Below, piece after piece: positions 1 to 7,257 of a stretch of 64,000 bases of DNA. A program made the translations under genes and the position numbers. The DNA is from a virus (taxonomy: Duplodnaviria; Caudoviricetes). Where the stretch lies: positions 32,001 through 96,000 of the IMG/VR virus record IMGVR_UViG_3300033463_000038. One strand, written 5' to 3'. A model generated the notes under the pieces. That model had not been told where the DNA came from. It searched no databases and saw only the letters and a program-made list of their open reading frames with translations. How positions within the stretch are numbered: position 1 is the stretch's first letter; the number at the start of each line of letters is the position of its first letter.

Positions 1-132
1 ATCGACGACATGGCTAAAGTGCTGGAGGTCGCTAAGTCTGGTGGATTCTCTATGGCTCCTATCCTTGAAGTCGACGGCAAAGCTATGGACTTCAAAGACG
101 GAATCGAGTGGATCAGGAAGAACGCTGAGTAG
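1..132 (+). CDS. glutaredoxin/NrdH-like redoxin, C-terminal fragment (5' truncated by window)
   Basis: Frame 1 reads IDDMAKVLEVAKSGGFSMAPILEVDGKAMDFKDGIEWIRKNAE*; the 'xP-hhh-DG' motif is typical of glutaredoxin fold; lies upstream of nrdD. Confidence 0.65.
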   Translation: MDDMAKVLEVAKSGGFSMAPILEVDGKAMDFKDGIEWIRKNAE

Positions 133-148
133 CTCGGAAAAGGTCAAT

Positions 149-176
149 TTTAGAAGATCCGACTCCTATATATAAT
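149..176 (+). promoter_or_regulatory. early-type promoter upstream of nrdD
   Basis: TTTAGA (149-154), N16, TATAAT (171-176); same -35 as the repeated early promoter. Confidence 0.55.
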
Positions 177-380
177 TGACACAACCGCTACAAACTGCAG
201 AGGAAAGGTTCTATGTTAGAAGCTAATGATGATGTTCTCGGCTTAAATTGGAAATATAAGAAGATTTTCTCAGCAGATTCTCCCGAAAAAGACTAGAAAT
301 TGACAAGCGAGACGCTATGACGGCGCTCGCCCTGTCAATGTTGTAGCTTCACTAAATTTTACGAACGTAAAGGAATTCAA

Positions 381-2378
381 ATGGCAGTCAACAATTCAGT
401 ATTCAACATTCCCCTAAAGGTCAACAAGGACTTCAGCAAGGCTCTAAACAATCTCGAAGAAGCATACGGCGAAGATTTTGAGATTCTCAACGGTTTTGCA
501 GAGAAGAACTTGAATTTCTCTGACTTCATCGACGCATTCACAGCGAAGAACTCGGTAACTGCAGACGTTACGATCGACGCTAACGCAAACGCTTCGACTA
601 AGGACATCAGAGCGCTTCTGAACGAGAAGGATAAGCCTCTCGACAAGATTTTCGCATTCAACAAGCTGTTCCTAGAGCTCAAGCAGAAGTACGGCCTCAA
701 GACCGCTAGAGAATGGCTCAATCAAGAGTACAGCGGCGGCTTCTATCTGCACGACGCATGCACTTCGACTTACATGGGCTACTGCTTCGCTTACGATCTC
801 ACTCGTCTCGCTAAAGAGGGTCTATTCTTCCTGAAGAACTACAACAACGTTCCTCCTAAGCACCTCACGACGTTCCTAGACGACGTGATCGAGTTCGTAT
901 CCTTCATGAGCAATCGCAGCTCTGGCGCTGTCGGTCTACCTAACGTGCTACTGTGGACCTATTATTTTTGGCGCAAAGACGTGCAGCAGGGCTTCTTTAC
1001 CAAGGACCCGGACAGTTACCTAAGACAGAGCTTCCAAAAGCTCATATACCGCCTGAATCAGCCCTTTATGCGCATCGACCAGACTGCATTCGTTAACGTG
1101 TCTATCTTCGACCACAACTACTGCGAAGCTCTGTTCGGTGGCGTAACATTCCCCGACGGCACTATGTTCATCGACTGTGTTGAAGAGTTCATCGAACATC
1201 AGAAGATCTTCATGGAAGTAGTATCGCAGATCAGAAGCGAGAACATGTTTACGTTCCCTGTTCTGACCATGTCTCTCCAGTACAAGGACGGCAAGTTCGT
1301 CGATGAAGAGTTCGCTCGCTGGTGCTCCGATCACAACACCCAGTGGAACGATTCTAACTTCTTCGTCTCTGAAGACATCAACAGCCTCTCCAACTGCTGT
1401 CGTTTGAGAAGTGACTTGAACGGACTGAAGAAAGACGGCGAGAAGCTCACTGGCTTCTCTAACTCTGTCGGAGGTACAGCTCTCCAGATTGGATCGATCA
1501 AGGTCAACACGATCAACCTCGTTCGTATCGCTATCGAAGCTATGGCTAACAAGCCGAAGGGAGAAGCTAAGATATCTTCGATCAACACATATCTCAAGCT
1601 GCTGAGAAAGAGAACTGAGCTCTGCTGCAAGCTTCTAGACGTACAGCGTGACATCATCCAGAAGAACGTCGAACGCGGTCTTCTTCCGAACTACTGCGAT
1701 GGAGGTATCGACATCACTCATCAGTACAGCACAGTCGGCATCCTTGGTCTGTACGAGACAATCAAGGAGTTCGGATTCGTAAAGATAGACGAATTCGGAA
1801 ATCACAGCTACACTGAAGAAGGTATCGAGCTCGCTAAGAAGATCTTCGAAGTCATCAACGACGTCAAGGACAACTTCACCGACCGATACAGCTTCAACAT
1901 CGAGTCTGTTCCTGCTGAACGTGCTGCAGTGATTCTCTGCCAGAAGGACAATCTGCTCTATGACCGAAACGACGACTTCATCTACTCTAACCAGTGGATT
2001 CCGTTGAAAGAGAAGTGCACGATTCAAGAGAAAGTCCGTCTCTCTGGCATTCTAGATGATCTCTGCTCTGGTGGTGCTATCGCTCACATCAACATCGAGA
2101 GCAACTTCCCGTCTAAGGACGTCGCTTGGGATATGCTGAACCGCATCGCTGAAAAGAAGGTCATATATTTTGCCTTCAACAACAAAGTGAACGTCTGCAA
2201 GAACCATCATGGATTCGTAGGTCGAGACACTTGTCCAGTCTGTGGTGAGCCAGTCTATGACCAGTTTACGAGAATCGTCGGCTTCCTTACGCCAACAAAA
2301 TCATACAGCAAGGATCGAAAGAAGGAATTCGACGCTCGAAAGTGGTACGACTACGCTACACAACTGAAAGATCTCTAA
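381..2378 (+). CDS. nrdD: anaerobic (class III) ribonucleoside-triphosphate reductase, no ATP-cone
   Basis: YLHD, SNCCRL finger loop, ESVPAE, GGAIAH, C-terminal Zn site CKNHH...CPVCG and glycyl-radical motif RIVGF. Confidence 0.95.
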   Translation: MAVNNSVFNIPLKVNKDFSKALNNLEEAYGEDFEILNGFAEKNLNFSDFIDAFTAKNSVTADVTIDANANASTKDIRALLNEKDKPLDKIFAFNKLFLELKQKYGLKTAREWLNQEYSGGFYLHDACTSTYMGYCFAYDLTRLAKEGLFFLKNYNNVPPKHLTTFLDDVIEFVSFMSNRSSGAVGLPNVLLWTYYFWRKDVQQGFFTKDPDSYLRQSFQKLIYRLNQPFMRIDQTAFVNVSIFDHNYCEALFGGVTFPDGTMFIDCVEEFIEHQKIFMEVVSQIRSENMFTFPVLTMSLQYKDGKFVDEEFARWCSDHNTQWNDSNFFVSEDINSLSNCCRLRSDLNGLKKDGEKLTGFSNSVGGTALQIGSIKVNTINLVRIAIEAMANKPKGEAKISSINTYLKLLRKRTELCCKLLDVQRDIIQKNVERGLLPNYCDGGIDITHQYSTVGILGLYETIKEFGFVKIDEFGNHSYTEEGIELAKKIFEVINDVKDNFTDRYSFNIESVPAERAAVILCQKDNLLYDRNDDFIYSNQWIPLKEKCTIQEKVRLSGILDDLCSGGAIAHINIESNFPSKDVAWDMLNRIAEKKVIYFAFNNKVNVCKNHHGFVGRDTCPVCGEPVYDQFTRIVGFLTPTKSYSKDRKKEFDARKWYDYATQLKDL

Positions 2379-2394
2379 AATATCTTGACTGCAC

Positions 2395-2438
2395 AAACAG
2401 AAAGAGAGGAAGACTTACATCTTCCTCTCTTTCTGTTT
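2395..2438. terminator. bidirectional intrinsic terminator
   Basis: 19-bp perfect stem AAACAGAAAGAGAGGAAGA / TCTTCCTCTCTTTCTGTTT between convergent genes. Confidence 0.85.
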
Positions 2439-2442
2439 ATAG

Positions 2443-2498
2443 AAAAGAGGTCCCGTCTCCTAAAGACAAGGACCAGTTGAATAGAAGGAGACGGGACC
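2443..2498 (-). terminator. large-loop terminator hairpin after AAA ATPase gene
   Basis: 13-bp stem 2449-2461/2486-2498, 24-nt loop, U-rich tail on minus strand. Confidence 0.7.
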
Positions 2499-2504
2499 GA
2501 AAGG

Positions 2505-3617
2505 TTATGCGACCTTGGAAGCGATCGTTTCCTCGTAGAAGGCCTGCAGAGAGTCGTCGGAGATCTGGAAGACCCAGTCTTCGCCGCTGATCATGTCCTG
2601 GTATACGAGGTTGTTGATGATAGCGACCTGAGATTCCTTGCTCATGCCTTCGCGGATGAAGCTGCCGAAGTTCTTCTTCCACTTGGCCGGAATGTCCTTC
2701 TTGTAGGACTGAACGAAGATCTTGATGTCGTTGGCGAGCTTGGTAGCCGTAGCCACGTCGAACTTCTCATCGTCGTTCGGCTTGACAGACGACCAGTCGC
2801 GGAGGATCTCTTCTGCGCCAACGGCAGAGGAAGCGTTCATGTAGAACGGAGCGAACTTGATAGCGATAGTGCTACCGATGTAGCCAGAACCGCCGAGGAT
2901 GACGAATTCGCGAGTGAGCTTCTTGACGCCCTTGACCTTCTCAGCGTTGTAGAGGAAGTCAGAGTAGTCGAACCAAGAACGGCGAGACGGAAGGACGGTG
3001 AGATCCTGACCATCCGTGTCGGCTCCAACGTTCATTGCCTTAGCGTTGCTGAACGGATCGAGATCGGACTTGTTCTTGTTGAGGTATTCCAGAATAGCCG
3101 GGTGGATCTTGCATTCCTTAGCGTGAGTGTACCATTCTTCGAAGGTCGGTTCGAGCCAGTAAGAAGCGTAGCGGGACAGCTGAGCCGGGTCAGGAATTTC
3201 GCCTTCGTAGCCGTGGAATCCCGGAGGGTTAGCAGCAGCGAAGACGCGAGATCCCGGAGCGAGTTTCTTGTCAGCGATAGTCTGGTCGAGGCAGAGGCTC
3301 ATGAGAGCGTTGCGGACGTCCGGGTTAGCACGGAAGACTTCGTCGAAGAAGAGCAGAACCGGAGTGTCCGGTTCATACCAGTAAGTCGGGTTGAAGACGG
3401 TCTTGCCATTGACGATGGACGGAAGACCGAGAATGTCGCCCACGTCGTTGAGGTGAGTGCAGTCGAAGCAGATGACCTTCAGGCCGAGCTTCTCGCCGAT
3501 CTGGCGGATAACCTGTGTTTTACCAATACCAAACTCACCCACGGCGAGCATAGCCTTGCGGGCGGGAGTGCAGATGGCGAGATCGATGAATTCTTTGACA
3601 GTTACTTTAGAGAGCAT
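2505..3617 (-). CDS. MoxR-like AAA+ ATPase
   Basis: Walker A GEFGIGKT, Walker B LFFDE, sensor AANP, DPAQLSRY arginine finger; paired with VWA gene. Confidence 0.88.
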   Translation of the reverse strand: MLSKVTVKEFIDLAICTPARKAMLAVGEFGIGKTQVIRQIGEKLGLKVICFDCTHLNDVGDILGLPSIVNGKTVFNPTYWYEPDTPVLLFFDEVFRANPDVRNALMSLCLDQTIADKKLAPGSRVFAAANPPGFHGYEGEIPDPAQLSRYASYWLEPTFEEWYTHAKECKIHPAILEYLNKNKSDLDPFSNAKAMNVGADTDGQDLTVLPSRRSWFDYSDFLYNAEKVKGVKKLTREFVILGGSGYIGSTIAIKFAPFYMNASSAVGAEEILRDWSSVKPNDDEKFDVATATKLANDIKIFVQSYKKDIPAKWKKNFGSFIREGMSKESQVAIINNLVYQDMISGEDWVFQISDDSLQAFYEETIASKVA

Positions 3618-3663
3618 AGTTATGGTCCTTGTTGAAGTTAGCTCTTTAGTTATTTACATAGTA

Positions 3664-3692
3664 AATATAAGAAAATCCAGAGAAACTCTAAA
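3664..3692 (-). promoter_or_regulatory. early promoter
   Basis: TTTAGA-N17-TATATT with A-rich UP region; leader ends ACAAGGACCATAACTATG. Confidence 0.8.
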
Positions 3693-3725
3693 CCCCAAAT
3701 CAAGATTTTTCTGATTTTTTTGAAT

Positions 3726-3953
3726 TTATTCCTTGTCTACACGGCTGAAGATGAGCAGCAGATCGGCAAAGTCCTTCTTGAACTGATCGATACCGATTCC
3801 GTACTTTTCGAGTACTGCATGACAGTTGAACCCGTACTTGTTGCTGTCAGGATAGTAGATCATAGCATTTTCGATCTCCTTATAAGCGATGAGATCGTGA
3901 TATTTCCATTCGACAAATTGATGGATAAAGTTAGCGATTTCTCTCTTGTTCAT
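3726..3953 (-). CDS. hypothetical protein (75 aa, MNKREIANF...)
   Basis: ATG at 3953 preceded by AAGAAGG; the longer ORF-track start overlaps the VWA gene. Confidence 0.7.
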   Translation of the reverse strand: MNKREIANFIHQFVEWKYHDLIAYKEIENAMIYYPDSNKYGFNCHAVLEKYGIGIDQFKKDFADLLLIFSRVDKE

Positions 3954-3964
3954 GTTTAACCTTC

Positions 3965-5584
3965 TTAGTCGTCGAAGATGTGAGTGAGCTGCTGGATGGA
4001 AGCGTGATGCTTGACGAAATTCGGCACGGTGTATTCCTTTTCGGAAGAGATCACGAAGATGTGCTGACCGAGGTTGTTTTCCGTCCATTCCCAGTAGCAG
4101 TCGGTGAAGATGACGACGCCGTCGTAGTGAGCGTTGTGAGCCTTGAGCCATTCGCCGATGCAGTGCGGATCAGTGCCGCCACGACCAGGAGCCGTAACCT
4201 TCTGGAAATTCTTAGTCAGCTTCTGCGGCTTGACCATCTGTGCGTCCCAGAATGCGAGATCGATTTCGGTCTTCTTGTAGAAGTTGTGCAGAATCTCGCA
4301 GCCCTTGCGGATGTCGGAGTCAGACATAGAGCCGCTAGAGTCGATGGCGAAGAGCATCTTGGTCTTGCGGTCGGTGCGGTAGCCAGGAAGATATTCGTAG
4401 CGCTTGTTGACGCGGAGACGTGTAGAGACACGCTTGCGGCAGCGGACAGAAGCGCCGAAGCCAGCGATGATGGGAGTGATGTTGACCTTGCGCTTGTTCT
4501 TGAGCATGATCTCTTCCACAGCATCGCCGCTCAGCTTGCCCCAGCCAGTGACCTTGCACTTATTCTCGATCACGTCGCGGATCATTTCGTCTACGATGTT
4601 GTTTGCGCCCCATTCTTCCGTGTTTTGGTCGCCGTTTTGGTTCCATTCGTCGAAGGCGTCTTTTTTCGGGTTTTGCTTTTTTGACTTTCCCTTGCCATCG
4701 CGTCCAGCAGAGCTAGGATTGCTTCCAGTTCCTCGACCCTCTCCAGAGCCCTGATCCCCAGCAGAGTCACCCGCCTCATCAGATTCTGAACCGGTTTCGG
4801 AGCCGTCTTGATCATCTGAAGTTCCTTGTCCGTTGGACCCATCTTCGCCAGTTCCTCGAGAGGAAGACTGAGAAGATCCGTCTTGTCCTTCTTGACCGTC
4901 TTGGTCTTGGTCGCTTTCGGAATCTTCGCCGTCTTGGCCTTCGTCGCCTTGATTGCTGGAGCTGGTTTCGTCGTTCTGGTCTTGATCATCTTGATCTCCT
5001 TCGCCGTCCTGAGAGGACGACTGCTGTTGTTGTTGCTTGCCCTGACCGTTCTGCTGGTCCTGGTCATGCTGTTGTTGCTGTTGCTGTTGTTCCTGATGCT
5101 GATTGAGCAGCTGGAAGACAGATTCGTAGTAATAGTCGTTTTCTGCGATCTTCTGGTTGATTTCATCTTCGATGAGCTTCTTGGACCAGACAGATTCGCG
5201 GACGTATTTAGCGATCTCTTCGGGTGCAGAAGCGAGGAAGATCTGAAGTTCCTTGCTGTTGCAAGTCGCAGTGGAAGCCTTGAAAGCGTTTGCGCCAGTG
5301 AGTTTACGGTGCGTGCAGTGATGATGGATGAAGCGGTACAGCTCGATAGAGAGAATGAAGACGAAGACAGCTCGGTCGCAGCTGCAGACCCAAGACTCGT
5401 TGTATTCGAGAACCGGAGTAACGTCAGTCTTGACGCAGATGCGGATAGTGTCGATGTCGTTGTTTACGCGCTTCGTGAAGAGAGCGTAGAAAGAGAGGAG
5501 GTTAGGAATATAGAGGCCGAAGTAGTCCACCGCGTTGGTGAACTGGAGCTCGATAGCCTTGTCTGAAACTTCTACGTTGGTCAT
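3965..5584 (-). CDS. VWA-domain protein (DUF2201-like) with degenerate N-terminal metallopeptidase-like domain and Q/D/G/S-rich linker
   Basis: MIDAS DSSGS, GRGGTD, IFTD; typical partner of MoxR ATPase. Confidence 0.85.
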   Translation of the reverse strand: MTNVEVSDKAIELQFTNAVDYFGLYIPNLLSFYALFTKRVNNDIDTIRICVKTDVTPVLEYNESWVCSCDRAVFVFILSIELYRFIHHHCTHRKLTGANAFKASTATCNSKELQIFLASAPEEIAKYVRESVWSKKLIEDEINQKIAENDYYYESVFQLLNQHQEQQQQQQQHDQDQQNGQGKQQQQQSSSQDGEGDQDDQDQNDETSSSNQGDEGQDGEDSESDQDQDGQEGQDGSSQSSSRGTGEDGSNGQGTSDDQDGSETGSESDEAGDSAGDQGSGEGRGTGSNPSSAGRDGKGKSKKQNPKKDAFDEWNQNGDQNTEEWGANNIVDEMIRDVIENKCKVTGWGKLSGDAVEEIMLKNKRKVNITPIIAGFGASVRCRKRVSTRLRVNKRYEYLPGYRTDRKTKMLFAIDSSGSMSDSDIRKGCEILHNFYKKTEIDLAFWDAQMVKPQKLTKNFQKVTAPGRGGTDPHCIGEWLKAHNAHYDGVVIFTDCYWEWTENNLGQHIFVISSEKEYTVPNFVKHHASIQQLTHIFDD

Positions 5585-5615
5585 TTTAGTGGTCCTTGTT
5601 TGTTTCTACATGTAT

Positions 5616-5644
5616 AATATAGGTAAATCCAAGAGAAATCTAAA
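5616..5644 (-). promoter_or_regulatory. early promoter
   Basis: TTTAGA-N17-TATATT; ACAAGGACCA leader at 5590-5599. Confidence 0.8.
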
Positions 5645-5676
5645 CCCCAAAATCAAGATTTTTCTTAATTTTTATA

Positions 5677-5705
5677 TTTAGATTTCTCCGAAAAATTCCT
5701 ATATT
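5677..5705 (+). promoter_or_regulatory. early promoter (divergent)
   Basis: TTTAGA-N17-TATATT; ACAAGGACCA leader at 5724-5733. Confidence 0.8.
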
Positions 5706-5736
5706 ATTACTGTAAAACCGTCAACAAGGACCAATT

Positions 5737-6342
5737 ATGATTGACAATCGCGAAATTTTCAGCCGCATAAAGGTAGCAAAGCTCGACATCGACAGCGATA
5801 ATCCTAGTTATCGCATCGCCTGGAATTTTATCCGTGGAAAGATCACGGGATCGAAATTCGCTTCGATCATCTTCCAAGACCAGGATGTTTTAGATAAAGC
5901 TGGAATCGGAGGATTCTATACTAATCGGTCGTTCGTCAACATCCTCTACCTCAGCAAGGACTATCTCAAGAACGGTAAAATCTGGTTCAAGGACGATGAA
6001 TCCGCTGCAGTATTTCTTCACGAATGCTCTCACTATATTCATCTCGTGAGCAATCAGGGCCGTTATTCACAAAAAGATGATGAGATCGTAACTAGCCTCC
6101 CTCCAGCTAATCCTACGAAAGTCAATCCGAAGAGCAGATATTACGCTGAACGAGAAGCCTGGTTCCTTTCGCTCAACATGAACAAAGTATTCAGGCTCAA
6201 CCTTCTCGACGAGATCAACAAGATCAACACACACAACATGCTGCTGGTCGAAAAGTCTCTCGGCCAGCGCAAGATCTCGATGGATGAAGTCAAGAAGATC
6301 GAAACATCAATGACGATCGACCAGTTCCACTGGAAAGCCTAG
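5737..6342 (+). CDS. putative zincin-type metallopeptidase
   Basis: FLHECSH (HExxH) plus downstream EREA. Confidence 0.6.
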   Translation: MIDNREIFSRIKVAKLDIDSDNPSYRIAWNFIRGKITGSKFASIIFQDQDVLDKAGIGGFYTNRSFVNILYLSKDYLKNGKIWFKDDESAAVFLHECSHYIHLVSNQGRYSQKDDEIVTSLPPANPTKVNPKSRYYAEREAWFLSLNMNKVFRLNLLDEINKINTHNMLLVEKSLGQRKISMDEVKKIETSMTIDQFHWKA

Positions 6343-7115
6343 ATGAACTCGCCGAGGATCTCGCAACGGAATTGATCCTTGTCGAAGTTCTTCTTCGCAG
6401 TCTCTAGCCATTCCTTTGAACGCTCAGGACGGCAGTTCCACTTCACTCGATGCGGAACCCACGAGTTCTTTTCATCTAGCGCATGTTCGTATATCTTGTA
6501 GAACGTAGTCTCTTTCTTATGCGGAGTCGATAGGAATATCGTCTGCGCATCTTTGCGAGCCATCATGACTGGCAGGATGCACTTCATCAGCTCTTCGAAG
6601 TCGAAGTCGTCGATATACGCTGCTTCGTCGATCACGAAGAGATCGATCGTGCGTCCATGAAGCATAGCAGAGTTCGCAGAGCAGGAGAAAATTCTGCTGT
6701 TGTTCTCGAACTGGATGATCTCCTTTCGGTTAAGCTTCGTATCGAGACGCATATACTCGGGCAGCTTTATGAGGATCTCTTTGACACGCTGCAAGATCTC
6801 GTTAGCCTGAGCCCATTTTCTAGACATCAAGCACACGTTACGATCATTGTGGAATAGAGCATACCATAGCGCATAGGCTGCGATCAAAGTCGTCTTACCA
6901 GACTGTCTTGGCGCAATTAGAACGTGTCCTCGCTTTGCGTTCGGATCGAAAGCCGTTTCCTTGAAAGACTTTAGAACCTTCTTCTGCCATCTGAACGGCT
7001 TGAACTCTTGGTCGCCCTCTGGGCCTAGAATCGTGCAAAACTTGAGAAATCTCGCCGGATTCTCACTGCACTTGTGGATTGTTTTCACTTGATTGAATGT
7101 GAGTTTCAAATTCAT
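6339..7115 (-). CDS. terminase large-subunit-like ATPase domain only (T4 gp17 N-terminal-like)
   Basis: Walker A PRQSGKTT, Walker B FVIDEAA, coupling motif LSTP, ends at FRCE; 258 aa with no nuclease domain. Confidence 0.8.
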   Translation of the reverse strand: MNLKLTFNQVKTIHKCSENPARFLKFCTILGPEGDQEFKPFRWQKKVLKSFKETAFDPNAKRGHVLIAPRQSGKTTLIAAYALWYALFHNDRNVCLMSRKWAQANEILQRVKEILIKLPEYMRLDTKLNRKEIIQFENNSRIFSCSANSAMLHGRTIDLFVIDEAAYIDDFDFEELMKCILPVMMARKDAQTIFLSTPHKKETTFYKIYEHALDEKNSWVPHRVKWNCRPERSKEWLETAKKNFDKDQFRCEILGEFI

Positions 7116-7229
7116 GAGTTACCTCTTCAAGTATTTATGATACTAGACGTCTGCTAAGGCATAGGACTTTCCTGATTCAAAGTAGACCTGGATTGCATTT
7201 CTACAACCGAACTATCTACTCTTGTCAAG

Positions 7230-7241
7230 TATTTATAAATA
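7230..7241. promoter_or_regulatory. bidirectional T4-type late promoter
   Basis: Palindrome TATTTATAAATA gives TATAAATA on both strands between divergent genes. Confidence 0.75.
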
Positions 7242-7257
7242 ACATGAGGTAAATTGC

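Noticed and set aside
5020-5100. CAG/CAA repeats as phase-variable microsatellite
   Set aside because: Mixed in-frame Gln codons in a disordered linker.
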